The notes under the pieces: model-generated
Database searches by the model: none
Told to the model about the DNA's origin: nothing
The model's input: only the letters and a program-made list of their open reading frames with translations
From: an uncultured delta proteobacterium
Lineage (GTDB): Bacteria > Desulfobacterota > Binatia > UBA9968
NCBI GenBank assembly: GCA_963771465.1
Contig: CAVYTU010000009.1
Span: forward strand, 64,001 to 128,000
Direction: 5' to 3'
Length of the DNA: 64,000 bases
Translations under genes and position numbers: made by a program
Part shown: positions 53,819 to 64,000 of the stretch, in pieces
Layout of the letters: the number at the start of each line of letters is the position of its first letter
How positions within the stretch are numbered: position 1 is the first letter of the stretch

Positions 53819-55135
53819 CTACACTGTCACTTCGGTCTGAAACATAGTTTCCCCGCCCGCACCGATGAACTCGATCCTGGCTTTACCGCCGGCGGGATCA
53901 ACATGCCACAGCCCGAAGTTATAGCCGTCGCCGTAATGAAATGTTCCAGCCTTCTGGTAGCGCGCCCGGGCTTCGGGATTATTTTTATAATGAGTGAAAG
54001 ACGCAATCGGCCCAGCCATGTATTCTCGCGTTCCGGTCTTTGGATTGCTCCAATCTCGCGCCAGATGGTAATCGCCGCTGAGAAAGATGATTCCGGCAAT
54101 TTTCTCAGCGCGGATAAAACTGGCAATTTCGCTGCGCTCGGTGGGGTACGAACCCCAGGTGTCTTCGCCACCGCCCTGAAAGGGAACAGAAGTTACGACG
54201 AATTTAAATGGTGCCCTCGATGCCTTGAGGGCGTCTTTTAGCCAACTCTTCTGCGCGGCTCCGAGCATGGTTTTTTCCGGACCATCCGCGGTTGCTTGCG
54301 GGGTACGAAATCGCCGCGTATCCAGGATGAAAAAATCCACGCCGGCCCAGTTGAATTGTCGGTACAAAGCATTTGGCACAACCCCAGTGCACGGCCAGAA
54401 TTCTTTAAAGACTTGAAATGCGTTATCCATGAACGGATTGAGACTGTGGCAGTTGTTCTCGGTTTCGTGATCGTCCCAAATTGCGTATGTTACATGGCGA
54501 GAAAAAAAATTCTGCAGGTGTGGATCTTTCCGGTTCGTCACGTGCTTGTTCCTATAGTGAGCCACTGAAGGCGCAAACGGTCGTTGACCCCGAAGGTCGG
54601 CATATATCGTATCGCCTAGATGCAGGAAGAAATCCGGCTGCTTACTATCGATTACGTCGAAGAGTTTAAACGGTTGATAGCTTTCGTCCATGTCGGCGCT
54701 GAACACAAATGTGAAAGGCACTGAATTAGACGGCGCCGTCTTGAATCGGCCGGGTTGTGACAGAGGCGTGCCGGATTCTGCCTCAACAACCCGGTAGGTC
54801 CATGTTTTCCCAGCCGCGAGTTGGGTCAAAGGTATAGTTGCGCAGAAGTCTGTTTTATTAGTTAAATCGGCCGATGGCCCCGAACTCATTTCTGTTGCGT
54901 TGGCTTCGCTTGTAAAATCCACTCGGACATGGCCCGCTCCCTCACCCTTCAGCCAAATCTGAACGGAGTTATGCGTCGCATCGAAAGCCGCAGGCTTGAA
55001 CGCAAGGGAAGCTGCTTCGACAGCGCGGGCGTGTGCAAGCGCGAGAGGTGCAGCGCTGGCAATGCGCAGGAACTCCCGCCGAGTATAGCCTGCAGAAGGA
55101 CGGTTCCTTGATCTCGGATTTTGATCCTGTGACAT
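53819..55135 (-). CDS. phoD: PhoD-family phosphatase with a Tat signal
   Basis: TRREFL, HLGDTIYAD, WDDHE, LDTR, SGDYH. Confidence 0.88.
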   Translation of the reverse strand: MSQDQNPRSRNRPSAGYTRREFLRIASAAPLALAHARAVEAASLAFKPAAFDATHNSVQIWLKGEGAGHVRVDFTSEANATEMSSGPSADLTNKTDFCATIPLTQLAAGKTWTYRVVEAESGTPLSQPGRFKTAPSNSVPFTFVFSADMDESYQPFKLFDVIDSKQPDFFLHLGDTIYADLRGQRPFAPSVAHYRNKHVTNRKDPHLQNFFSRHVTYAIWDDHETENNCHSLNPFMDNAFQVFKEFWPCTGVVPNALYRQFNWAGVDFFILDTRRFRTPQATADGPEKTMLGAAQKSWLKDALKASRAPFKFVVTSVPFQGGGEDTWGSYPTERSEIASFIRAEKIAGIIFLSGDYHLARDWSNPKTGTREYMAGPIASFTHYKNNPEARARYQKAGTFHYGDGYNFGLWHVDPAGGKARIEFIGAGGETMFQTEVTV

Positions 55136-55204
55136 TTCCGATTTTACGGCTTAGTCCAATTCGCTTTCGCAAGATTTGGTCCGAAAGCGTAAACGTCTTC
55201 GGCA

Positions 55205-56335
55205 TCAGCGTGCGCTGTTGCCGTTTCCGCTCAAGTCAAACAACCGCATCGCGTTGCCGCCGAGAACCTTCGCTTTGTTCTCGTCCGACAAGCTCGACAT
55301 CTTCTTGATCACATCGACCGTCCGTGGCCAGGTCGCCACGGCGTCGCCGTGGTCGAAGTCGCTACCAATGATGATGTTGTGATTGGGCCAGCCGTTGATG
55401 GTGTCGGCTATATACGTCTCCCACGAGACGCAGGCGATGTAGAACTGATCGAAATATTGGCTCGGCATTTTTTTGATGGCATTTTTGCCTTCAAAGAATT
55501 GCTGGACGGATACGGATATCCGGTCTTGGTTCGGCATATGCGCGTCGAGCGTGTGCATCAACCACGGCACCCAGCCGATGCCGCCTTCGAAGAAACCGAA
55601 TTTCAATGTTGGAAATCGATCGAGCACGCCGCCGAAGATCAAGCGCGCGACGCTGACCATGTAAGTCAGAGGAAAGCCGAGCGCGGTTGGGAAATGTTGA
55701 TAACCCTGAAAGCGTTCGCTGCCGACAAGCCAGGGATGACTGTGCTGGGCTTCATACACGCGGGCGGCGGGATGGAGCAAGATGGGAATGTTGAGATCGG
55801 CGATTTCTTCGTAGAGCGGAAACAACACTTCGCTGTCGAGATCGCCATCGCCCCAGCCGCCGTTGAACTTCACAGCCTTCAAGCCAAGTTCTTTCACTGC
55901 ACGGCGCAGTTCCTTGACCGATTCGTCGATGTCGGGCAAATAAATCCAGGCGCAGCCAATGAAGCGATCGTCGCCGTGAATGTCTTCGGCGACCGTGTCG
56001 TTGTAAGCGTGTGCCAGCTGGCGGCCTAACTCGGCATCGCACTCGTAAATCAACGGCCGGTTGTCGGGAATCAAAACTTGCACGTCGAAGCCGTCTTGCT
56101 TCATGAACTCGGCACGCAGCGAGAGGTTCCAGCGCCCTTCTTTGAACGAATGAACCTTTTTGCCGTCGCGATAATAGGTCGCGACCTTACCCGGCACGAC
56201 TTCGCCGTAGCGCATCATGTCGCCCTTGTCTTCGACGACTTCGAGGTGACCTTTTCCAGGATGCTTCACCTTGTCGATAAAGCGCAGCGGCCAATAGTGT
56301 GTATCACCGTCGATGTACATCTTATGCTCTCCCAA
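55205..56335 (-). CDS. Amidohydrolase_2-family protein
   Basis: IDGDTH, LLHP, FFEGGIGW, GSDFDH, LGGNAMRL. Confidence 0.9.
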   Translation of the reverse strand: MGEHKMYIDGDTHYWPLRFIDKVKHPGKGHLEVVEDKGDMMRYGEVVPGKVATYYRDGKKVHSFKEGRWNLSLRAEFMKQDGFDVQVLIPDNRPLIYECDAELGRQLAHAYNDTVAEDIHGDDRFIGCAWIYLPDIDESVKELRRAVKELGLKAVKFNGGWGDGDLDSEVLFPLYEEIADLNIPILLHPAARVYEAQHSHPWLVGSERFQGYQHFPTALGFPLTYMVSVARLIFGGVLDRFPTLKFGFFEGGIGWVPWLMHTLDAHMPNQDRISVSVQQFFEGKNAIKKMPSQYFDQFYIACVSWETYIADTINGWPNHNIIIGSDFDHGDAVATWPRTVDVIKKMSSLSDENKAKVLGGNAMRLFDLSGNGNSAR

Positions 56336-56397
56336 GGGTCCCCTATGCTCCGCGTTCTCGCCCGTTACTAAACACGATCACGAATCACGAACACGTT

Positions 56398-57411
56398 TTA
56401 TTTCACTCCGTACTTGGCCATCATCTCATCGATGAAGCCGCTTTGATCCAGTTTCTTGAGTATACGGTCGTCGATCAGGTTTTCGGGTTTGACGTTTTCG
56501 ACTTTTGGATTGGTGCGTTTCATCAGACGCACGACATTAGTCACTCCGGCGGCCGAGGCGTAGGGTTTACGGTCGAGACCGTTCACCATGTCTTTGTATC
56601 CTTCTTCCGCGTCTTTCTCCGTGATACGTAAATATTTTTGCAGGATCTTCAGCGTATTTGGCTTTTGTATCGGTGAAAGACAGAACGCCGCGCCTTCAAT
56701 GATCGCGCGCATCACGTTCTCGACAATCTGCGCATTTTTTTGAATGTAAGGTTCACGTGCGACAATCGATGAACTCAGGATCGGCAATTTTGCCTTGTCA
56801 AGTTCGGCGATAATCGGAAACCCCCTGGCGTGCAACGGCCGGCTCTGCACACCATCGAGCACGGTGGCGTCGAGTGTGCCGCTGGCCAGCGCTTGCGCGA
56901 GCACGGTTTGATCGCCAGCGGCTATGATGCTGATCTTGTCGCGATCGGGATCGAGGCCGAGATGCTCAAGCGCGAGAATCGCCCCCATCCACACCGTGCC
57001 GCCGATCGCTTGCACGCCGAACTTTTTGCCGCGCAAATCTTCTGGGGATTTAATTCCCGGCCGGGCGACTAAATCGTAGGTCACGCGATTGGTGAGCGCC
57101 GACAAAACTTTCAAGTCTGCACCCGAGGCCACGGCGCCGATGACCGCGGTACCGCCGGTGTAACCGATTTCGATTTCATTGGAGGCCATGGCCGACACCA
57201 AGGTCGGCGCGCCACGCACAAACAAGGTCTCGGCGTCGAAGCCGTACTTGGTGAAGAAGCCGCGCTCGCGCGGTGCCCAGAGCGGACAGACGCGCGCGTT
57301 CATCGCAGCGTACGCGATGACAAGCTTCTTTCCCGCTGCGGCGGCGAATACGCCTTCGTGAGCGCTTAGGACACCGAGAACGAAGGCGATCGCCAAAATC
57401 AAGCTAGTCAT
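56398..57411 (-). CDS. NMT1/THI5-like ABC substrate-binding protein
   Basis: Signal peptide; GFFTKYG, DLRGKKFGV, SGFID C-terminus. Confidence 0.88.
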   Translation of the reverse strand: MTSLILAIAFVLGVLSAHEGVFAAAAGKKLVIAYAAMNARVCPLWAPRERGFFTKYGFDAETLFVRGAPTLVSAMASNEIEIGYTGGTAVIGAVASGADLKVLSALTNRVTYDLVARPGIKSPEDLRGKKFGVQAIGGTVWMGAILALEHLGLDPDRDKISIIAAGDQTVLAQALASGTLDATVLDGVQSRPLHARGFPIIAELDKAKLPILSSSIVAREPYIQKNAQIVENVMRAIIEGAAFCLSPIQKPNTLKILQKYLRITEKDAEEGYKDMVNGLDRKPYASAAGVTNVVRLMKRTNPKVENVKPENLIDDRILKKLDQSGFIDEMMAKYGVK

Positions 57412-57501
57412 GCGGCCTCCTATCGCACCGTAGAAACGCTTCGCGTCACGAAGCCAAGATCTTTCACTATCTGGAATGACCAGATTCAGTAGTCAGAACG
57501 G

Positions 57502-58593
57502 TCAAAGTCCCAGCGCTAACAAATTGATCGCATTTTCGCCGAGCACCTTGCGCTTGTTCTCCTGAGATATCTTCGTACTCTTCGCTACTGGACCGGTTAC
57601 TTGTCCGGGCACGGACGAGTCCCAGTGCGGCGAGTCGGTGGCGAGCACCAAACGATCGCCGCCTAAATATTCCACCGCCCATTCGAACAAGCCGTCCTCG
57701 AAGGGCTCGCAGCCGACGTAAACACTCTGGTTGAAAATGTCGCTCGGCTTGCGCTTCTGCCACGGTACTAGATGAGGAAGCTTCTCGAAATGCTCGTCCA
57801 TGCGGGAAATCCACCAGGGCATCTGCGACGCGCCGGTTTCAAGACAAATAATTTTTAACTTCGGATGTTTTTCCATCACGCCACCGCATAGGTAAACCAT
57901 CAGACAAACCATGCTTTCGATGGTGCGCCCGACCATATGAGAGAAGAAAAAATTATCAGCAAACCGCTCGTGTCCCATGGAGCCAGTCTTGGTGTCGTGA
58001 AAAATGATCGGCGTGTTGGTCTTCTCCAGTTCTTCGAAGATCGGGTCGAAGTGTGGATCAGTCCATTCTTTGCCGGGTATCGGTGTGGCTTTGACATTGA
58101 GTGCCTTGCTGCCAAGCTCGCGCGAACGATGGAGCTCCTTGATCGCCTCTTTGGGATCTTGCAACGGAATCACGCCGGCCCACATGAGACGGCCCGGCTG
58201 CTGCGAGGCGTAATCGTTCATGTAATTATTCTGCGCCCGTGCGTAGGCGGCCGCGAGCTCGGCGTCATTGACAAACCAGAGGATATCGAGGGCCGGCGAG
58301 TTGGGCGATAATACGGCGACGTCGATGCCATCCAAGTCCATGTTGCGCACACGCCCCTGCGGCGTCAGATCGGCGGGCGTTACCCACTCTTTCTTTTCCG
58401 CTTTCTGCCGGCCCAGCTCCGAGCCGATCATGATTTGATTGCCGACCAGTGTCTTGCGCCGCTCGTTGTCCTTGGTCGGCAGCTTGCGTGGCAAGAATTC
58501 TTTGAACTTCGCCTCGACCGTCTGATCCCAACTCTCCAAATCACCGACCAAATGACTGTCGAGATCGATCACCTTCATGCCGTCGATGGCCAT
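57502..58593 (-). CDS. Amidohydrolase_2-family protein
   Basis: IDLDSH, MDLDGID, LETGA, ATDSPHWD. Confidence 0.9.
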   Translation of the reverse strand: MAIDGMKVIDLDSHLVGDLESWDQTVEAKFKEFLPRKLPTKDNERRKTLVGNQIMIGSELGRQKAEKKEWVTPADLTPQGRVRNMDLDGIDVAVLSPNSPALDILWFVNDAELAAAYARAQNNYMNDYASQQPGRLMWAGVIPLQDPKEAIKELHRSRELGSKALNVKATPIPGKEWTDPHFDPIFEELEKTNTPIIFHDTKTGSMGHERFADNFFFSHMVGRTIESMVCLMVYLCGGVMEKHPKLKIICLETGASQMPWWISRMDEHFEKLPHLVPWQKRKPSDIFNQSVYVGCEPFEDGLFEWAVEYLGGDRLVLATDSPHWDSSVPGQVTGPVAKSTKISQENKRKVLGENAINLLALGL

Positions 58594-58621
58594 AATATCC
58601 TCCCGTGTTATGTTTCGTCGC

Positions 58622-59650
58622 TTATTTGATTGCCGACTTTACGCCGAATTGCTGATCTAGGAAACCGTTCTTTTCGAACTCGCGAAGCATACTCTCGTCG
58701 ATCAGTTTTTCGAGATTGAGTTCGGCGATTTTTGGATTTCGCAGTTTCATGAAGCGCTGTATGTTCTTCAATCCATCGACACCGACGTAGGGTTTACGCA
58801 CCACGCCGCTAACGTAATCCTCGTAGCCATCGGCGGCGGTGCTCGGATCGCTCAAGCCCAAGCGCTTCGAGAGTATCTCTGTGACGCTCGCTTTGTTTGC
58901 CGAATTCAATACGTAGGCATGCCCCTCGACCAAACTACGCAGAACGTTTTTGCTGATCGCTGCTTGATTGTGAAGATAATCGGCCTTAACCACTAACCCC
59001 GTTCCCGTGAGTGGAATCTTATCGGGTTCGCCAGGAACCCAGTAACCCGCTCTGGCTAATTTCCGGCTAAAGACACCGGCCAGCGCCCCGCCCTGAATCG
59101 TCCCGCTCTCGAGCGCCTGGGAGATCACCCGTTGGTCGCCGAAGGAGGTGAGTTGCATTTTGTCGCGTTCGGCATTGATGCCGATTTGCTCCAATATCAA
59201 TAGCGCCGACATCCAGCCGGTGCCGCCGATACTCGTGACACCGACCCGTTTGCCTCTGAGCTCCGCCGCGGTCTTGATCTCGGGGCGCGTCACGAGTTCG
59301 CTCTGTACGCGGTTGGCGAACGCGGCAATCATCCTAACGTCGAGGCCGGCGACGGCAGCGCCCAATGTCGCCGTACCGCCGGTAAATCCAAAATGGACAT
59401 CACCGGTATTGAGTGAAGCGATTAAAGTCGGTGAGCCGGGAATGAACACCAACTGAGCATCGACGTTGTTTTTTGCGAAAAAGCCTCTGTCTTGCGCCGC
59501 CCAAAGGGTTAACACTACCGAACTCATGGACGCGTGACCAATCACAACTTTGGCCCGCGTCTGAGCGTGACCTTCATTGTATGTAAGCGCGAGCGCGATA
59601 AAAACAAAAATAGTAAGAAAGCGTCGATAGGTCATGTTTACCTTCTTCAC
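58622..59650 (-). CDS. NMT1/THI5-like ABC substrate-binding protein
   Basis: Signal peptide; GFFAKN, ELRGKRVGV; paralogue of 56398. Confidence 0.88.
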   Translation of the reverse strand: MKKVNMTYRRFLTIFVFIALALTYNEGHAQTRAKVVIGHASMSSVVLTLWAAQDRGFFAKNNVDAQLVFIPGSPTLIASLNTGDVHFGFTGGTATLGAAVAGLDVRMIAAFANRVQSELVTRPEIKTAAELRGKRVGVTSIGGTGWMSALLILEQIGINAERDKMQLTSFGDQRVISQALESGTIQGGALAGVFSRKLARAGYWVPGEPDKIPLTGTGLVVKADYLHNQAAISKNVLRSLVEGHAYVLNSANKASVTEILSKRLGLSDPSTAADGYEDYVSGVVRKPYVGVDGLKNIQRFMKLRNPKIAELNLEKLIDESMLREFEKNGFLDQQFGVKSAIK

Positions 59651-59833
59651 TGAACGATTCTCCCCTTCCCGATAACAAAACGCCTATGCGCCGTCAAATC
59701 TGACGCCGTAGCTCAAATCGAATGGATGGCCGATAGTACATGGGCGTTGTGATTGAATACAAGAAAGGAAATCTAACTTGACTTTGACCCGCGAGCGGAT
59801 GTATTCGCAAAGCCTCAAAGGAGTCGGCTGCTA

Positions 59834-60865
59834 ATGAAAACGAAATGGACTTGCGCGCTGATCTTCCTGATTTATTTTTGCTGGCCACACGCTGCCTACG
59901 CCAATCCCTATTTGGCCAAGGCCGGTGAAGCGCCTGTGACCGTGCGCGTCGCGGCTTGTGCGATCACCGGCGGGTTCATCCATCTCTATGCTGCCCTCGA
60001 CAATGGACTGTTCGACAAGTACGGCATGAAGGTCGAGTTCGTCTCGATCCGCGGCAGCGGCGTATCTCTGGCCGCCCTGGCGGCTGACGAAGTTCAGTTT
60101 CTCTACTGCGCCGCCGACGCGACGATTCCGGGCATGGCTTCCGGTAGCGATGCCAAGCTGATCGCTGCGCCGCTGATCGGATTGCCCTGGGTCTTGCTCA
60201 CCCGCAAAGACATCAAGCGGCCCGAAGAGTTGAAAGGCAAAAGCATCGCAGTAACGCGGCCCGGCGATCTGACCTTTCGTCTGGCGCGGGCGCTGCTCAA
60301 GAAATTTAATCTCAGCGAAAGCGACGTGAAGATCCTGACCGTCGGCGGCACGGGTCAAGTGGAGCCATTCAACGCACTGCGCTCCGGTTTCGCCGAAGCT
60401 GCGCTGGTCACTCCACCGCTCGATGTGCGCGGGCGGCGTGATGGTTTCAGCTTGATCTACCGGCTCAACGATCTCGGTTTACCGGCGGTTTACAGTTCGC
60501 TCCACACGAACGCCAAGACCTTGCGCGAACGGCCGCTGTTGGCGCAAAAATGGGTCGCGGCGTTAGCGGACTCGATTCAGTTCGTCGAGAAAAATCCCGA
60601 CCGAGGCAAGGCCGCAGTCGGCAAAGCGTTGAAGCTAAACGACGCCGACGCGCTGCAATCGGCCTACGACGCCTATGCCAAGTTACTCGTCAACCGACGC
60701 TTATCGGTGCCGGAGACGAGTGTTGCCGGCGTCATCGAGGTCGCCCGTGAACAGGGAACCAGTATTCGCCGCAAGGCCAGCGAGATGACCGACAATCGAT
60801 TTGCCGAGGATTTGGAAAAGAGCGGTTTTCTCAAAGAGCTTTGGGGCGCCGAGATCGGACGTTAA
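59834..60865 (+). CDS. NMT1/THI5-like ABC substrate-binding protein
   Basis: Signal peptide; GLFDKYG, ELKGKSIAV, SGFLKELW. Confidence 0.88.
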   Translation: MKTKWTCALIFLIYFCWPHAAYANPYLAKAGEAPVTVRVAACAITGGFIHLYAALDNGLFDKYGMKVEFVSIRGSGVSLAALAADEVQFLYCAADATIPGMASGSDAKLIAAPLIGLPWVLLTRKDIKRPEELKGKSIAVTRPGDLTFRLARALLKKFNLSESDVKILTVGGTGQVEPFNALRSGFAEAALVTPPLDVRGRRDGFSLIYRLNDLGLPAVYSSLHTNAKTLRERPLLAQKWVAALADSIQFVEKNPDRGKAAVGKALKLNDADALQSAYDAYAKLLVNRRLSVPETSVAGVIEVAREQGTSIRRKASEMTDNRFAEDLEKSGFLKELWGAEIGR

Positions 60866-60876
60866 AGGAGACTCTC

Positions 60877-61842
60877 ATGAATCAGCGATTGCTAATTTTT
60901 GCCGCGCTGGCGCTGTGCACTTTTTCCCCAAATAGCCTACGAGCTCAGAGTTATCCGAAGCAAGCGATCAATCTGATTATTCCTCTCGCTCCCGGCGATG
61001 CCACCGATGTAGCCGGCCGCACCATCGGCGAAGGTCTATCTAAACTTCTTAAAGTTCCCGTCGTCGCGGTCAATCGGCCTGGCGCCGGCGCAACCCTCGG
61101 CACCGATAGCGCCGTGAAAGCGCCGAAGGATGGTTACACGATCCTGATCACCAACAACGCAGCATTGGTGTTTAATCGCATTTTGACACCCGAGACCGTT
61201 CCCTACGATCCGTTCAAAGATCTCACGCCGATCGGCATGGCCGTTCGCACGCCGATCATCCTCGCGGTACACAAAGACGTGCCGTTCAAAAATTTCGCCG
61301 AGATGGCCGAGTACGGTAAGAAGAATCCGGGCAACATCCGCATCGGCACTGTCGGCCCCGGTTCGGTCGGCCATTTCACCGTCGAGATCGTCAACTCGCT
61401 GAGTACTGCCGACATGACGATGATCCCGTTCAAAGGCGCCGGACCTGCGGTGACGGCAGCGCTAGGCGGTCACATCGAGGGCGCCGCCGCGGCTCAAGGC
61501 GTCGTCGCCGAACATCTCAAAGCTGGAACCATGAGAGGCATCGTCGCATCCACGAAAATGGCCGAGTTCCCGCAGATACCGACGCTGGCACAGTTGGGAC
61601 ACAAGCAAAATTTACTTGGCGTCTGGTCGGCATTCTTCGCGCCCGCAGGTGTGCCGCCGGAGGTGGCAAAAATATTGATCGCGGCGCTGGAGAAAGTGAT
61701 GAAGGACCCGGCAGTCACTGCCCGGCTAACGAACCTGGGAATGGTCGCCGATTACGAACCGCCGGAGAAGCTAATTGCAGAAATCCGCGAAGAGCATCGC
61801 ACCGTCGAGCAAATCGCAAAAAAGGCCGGACTGATTAAATAG
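60877..61842 (+). CDS. Tripartite tricarboxylate transporter substrate-binding protein (TctC/Bug)
   Basis: YPKQAINLIIP.APG..TD, NRPGAG, PKDGYT, PFKGAG. Confidence 0.9.
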   Translation: MNQRLLIFAALALCTFSPNSLRAQSYPKQAINLIIPLAPGDATDVAGRTIGEGLSKLLKVPVVAVNRPGAGATLGTDSAVKAPKDGYTILITNNAALVFNRILTPETVPYDPFKDLTPIGMAVRTPIILAVHKDVPFKNFAEMAEYGKKNPGNIRIGTVGPGSVGHFTVEIVNSLSTADMTMIPFKGAGPAVTAALGGHIEGAAAAQGVVAEHLKAGTMRGIVASTKMAEFPQIPTLAQLGHKQNLLGVWSAFFAPAGVPPEVAKILIAALEKVMKDPAVTARLTNLGMVADYEPPEKLIAEIREEHRTVEQIAKKAGLIK

Positions 61843-61870
61843 CCCTCCCTCCTGACCCTACGAAACGCAG

Positions 61871-61913
61871 AAAAAGAAAGCGCCTGGCGGCTTTCAAGAC
61901 CGTCCAGGCGCTT
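61871..61913 (-). terminator. Terminator hairpin between convergent genes
   Basis: AAGCGCCTGG...CCAGGCGCTT stem with a T-rich tail on the minus strand. Confidence 0.7.
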
Positions 61914-61939
61914 GGTTGAATTCTAAAACGATAACGCAT

Positions 61940-63034
61940 TTACAGATTCAGCAGCTTCGCCGCATTCTCGCCGAGAATCTTATCTTTCTGCTTCGACGTC
62001 AAATCTGTCCGCTCCCGAATTCCCGATACGGTGTGAGGGAATTCCGAATCGAAGTGCGGATAGTCGGTGGCCATCAAAATATGGTCTTCGCCGACTTCCT
62101 TGAGCGATTGGCTCATGTCGCCTTCGTCCGCTTCGCAAGTGACGTAGCAGTTTCGCTTCACATATTCCGAGGGCGGCATTTTGAGCTGGCCGGAGATCTG
62201 CGGGAAGTCTTTGGCCCACTCCCAGTCCTCATCCATGCGATGCATCCAGAAAAGCGGCCATTCAGTGCTGCACTCGAAGAACGCTACCTTGAGCTTGGGA
62301 AACATTTCGAACACGCCGCCGAGCACCAGCGCCACCAGCGCCGGCGTGCAGTTCATCACCCGGCCCAAGACATGAGTTTTGAAAAAGTTGTCGAAGCGGT
62401 CGGTGATCTCGCCATTGCTATTGGGATGGCAGAACAGCGGCACGCCCAACTCTTCGGCGGCCTGATAGTAGGGATAGAAGCTCGGGTGGTCGAGGTTGCG
62501 CCTGCCGATATAGGGAACCAGGTGCGACGCCTTGAAGCCGAGTTTCTGCACGCAACGGCGCAATTCGTTGGCCATCTCCTCGGGGCAACCGGCGGGCGCC
62601 ATCGCCACCGGCAAGAAAGTGTCTTCATGTCCTTTGACGAGTTTTTTGACCCAGTTGTTGTACGACTGCGCGCAAGCCAGACCGAGCCCGCCGACGTTTT
62701 CCGTGGCGATGCTGATGCCAGTGGCAAAGAGAATTTGTTTATCGATCCCCTCTTTCTTGATATCGTTGAAGCGAAATTCCATGTCGTGACCGGCGATCTG
62801 GCGCGCGGCGATTTCGCCGTTGCGCCAGTTGACCTTGGGATCGTAAATATACGGATGTTTGTGCGCCGCGCGACCCTGCGGGTCGCCGGGATCGAGCTGA
62901 TGCACCCACTTGGTATTATGATTTCGGCCTTCGCCGGATTTCTGCGGCGTGAAGCGCGCATAGGGTTCCGGCAGATTGAAAACCTCGTCCATGAAGTAGC
63001 CTTCACGCAAATGAGAATCTAGATCGATAATCAT
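61940..63034 (-). CDS. Amidohydrolase_2-family protein
   Basis: GAGGAGG RBS; IDLDSH, FCHP, ATDYPHFD, LGENAAKL. Confidence 0.92.
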   Translation of the reverse strand: MIIDLDSHLREGYFMDEVFNLPEPYARFTPQKSGEGRNHNTKWVHQLDPGDPQGRAAHKHPYIYDPKVNWRNGEIAARQIAGHDMEFRFNDIKKEGIDKQILFATGISIATENVGGLGLACAQSYNNWVKKLVKGHEDTFLPVAMAPAGCPEEMANELRRCVQKLGFKASHLVPYIGRRNLDHPSFYPYYQAAEELGVPLFCHPNSNGEITDRFDNFFKTHVLGRVMNCTPALVALVLGGVFEMFPKLKVAFFECSTEWPLFWMHRMDEDWEWAKDFPQISGQLKMPPSEYVKRNCYVTCEADEGDMSQSLKEVGEDHILMATDYPHFDSEFPHTVSGIRERTDLTSKQKDKILGENAAKLLNL

Positions 63035-63078
63035 AGATCACCTCCTCGGGTTAACTTTGTCGTTTCAGCCAACTCTCC

Positions 63079-64000
63079 CTATTTTGATAAGGCTTTGATA
63101 AAGCTGCGATCAACCATTTCCTCCGCGGTGATTTTTCGCTTCAGCCTGCCGGTGCGAAACTCCTCTTCGATGACCGTCGGAATGACCTTTTCGGCGATCT
63201 GACCGTTGAGCGGAAAGGACTCGCGGTACTCGTCATATCCCGCCGGCGCGTAGGCCGGATCCATCTTGACGTATTTACGGATCGCCCGGATACCGTCGTC
63301 TTTATTCTCAACGGTATGTTTTACGCCGCGCTGGTAAGCGCGCAAAAATTTGGTTGCGTCGGTTTTCTCTTTAGCCAACCAAGTCTCCCGCGCGGCGAAA
63401 GTTTCGTAGGGCCATTCCGGGAAAATCGTTTTCAAATCGAAAAGCTTGCGAAATCCTTGGCTCTTGGCGATTTCGGTCACCGGAAACCACATCACCGAAG
63501 CGTCCACCGCTCCGGCGCTGAGGGCGGCAAAGCGCGCCGGCGTGCTGCCGATCTGAAGAATGGTCACATCCTTGGGATCGACGCCATGGTGCTGAAGCGT
63601 TGCCCGGGTGAGGAAATCAGTCAACGAGCCAAAGCGGCTGATGGCGAAGCGCTTGCCTCTGGAGTCTTTCAAAGAGGCTAATTTCGGACTCGCATAAAGC
63701 TCGAAGGGCATCAAGTTGCAGATGCCCCAGAAGTTCTTGATATCGAAACCTGCCGCTCTACCGCCTAGAGTCTCGACGAACGCACTGCCCATGATCTGAA
63801 TGTCGCCGCCCATCAGGGACTGCAAATTCGTCGAGCCGGCGTTGAACATGACAAACAAAACATCCAGGCCTTCGTCCTTGAAGAAGCCCTTTTCCTGGGC
63901 TACATACACCGGCAGAAATGCGATGTTGACCGAGGACAGACCGACAATGATCTTGGCCGAAGCGGGGTTTGGCAGAACGGCGAGCCATAACCAAGCTAGC
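63079..64000 (-). CDS. NMT1/THI5-like ABC substrate-binding protein, start outside the window
   Basis: Frame is open to the window edge (...ASAKIIVGLSSVNIAFLPVYVAQEKGFFKDEGL). Confidence 0.87.
   Translation of the reverse strand, partial: LAWLWLAVLPNPASAKIIVGLSSVNIAFLPVYVAQEKGFFKDEGLDVLFVMFNAGSTNLQSLMGGDIQIMGSAFVETLGGRAAGFDIKNFWGICNLMPFELYASPKLASLKDSRGKRFAISRFGSLTDFLTRATLQHHGVDPKDVTILQIGSTPARFAALSAGAVDASVMWFPVTEIAKSQGFRKLFDLKTIFPEWPYETFAARETWLAKEKTDATKFLRAYQRGVKHTVENKDDGIRAIRKYVKMDPAYAPAGYDEYRESFPLNGQIAEKVIPTVIEEEFRTGRLKRKITAEEMVDRSFIKALSK

Noticed and set aside
61916-63022. 368-aa + strand ORF
   Set aside because: Mirror of the amidohydrolase, which has an RBS and family motifs on the minus strand.

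Overview
GC-rich bacterial chromosomal window in three blocks. The expanded NMT1/THI5-type binding proteins and amidohydrolases suggest a Ca. Binatia-like organism (inference only). (1) 1-9.7 kb is housekeeping, on the minus strand: a PyrR-type attenuator, pyrR, an unusual ATCase fused to a PyrI-type Zn motif and a second PyrR-like domain, carA, carB, recG and a partial alaC-like aminotransferase. (2) ~9.9-46.8 kb is a decaying accessory region of envelope and secreted genes, many frameshifted or truncated. It carries two membrane-anchored sigma54 activators, a sensor-less histidine kinase and two NarL-family regulators. About ten of its intergenic regions share a 17-bp palindrome (ATCAGGG-N3-CCCTGAT) with a spaced secondary site. 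It also holds a lone attC-like site, IS91 and IS110 scars, and a ~240-bp direct repeat flanking an intact pgsA-like / class V PLP enzyme / pgpA operon, a candidate new aminophospholipid pathway. (3) 46.9-64 kb is catabolism and transport: a 3-hydroxyanthranilate dioxygenase-like cupin, a Mo-hydroxylase large subunit, UbiD plus an uncalled 48-aa Zn-ribbon ORF, a ParE toxin-antitoxin pair, purU, phoD, and alternating binding-protein and amidohydrolase genes with no permeases. No rRNA, tRNA or CRISPR array was seen. All family calls are by eye from motifs; no database search was run.
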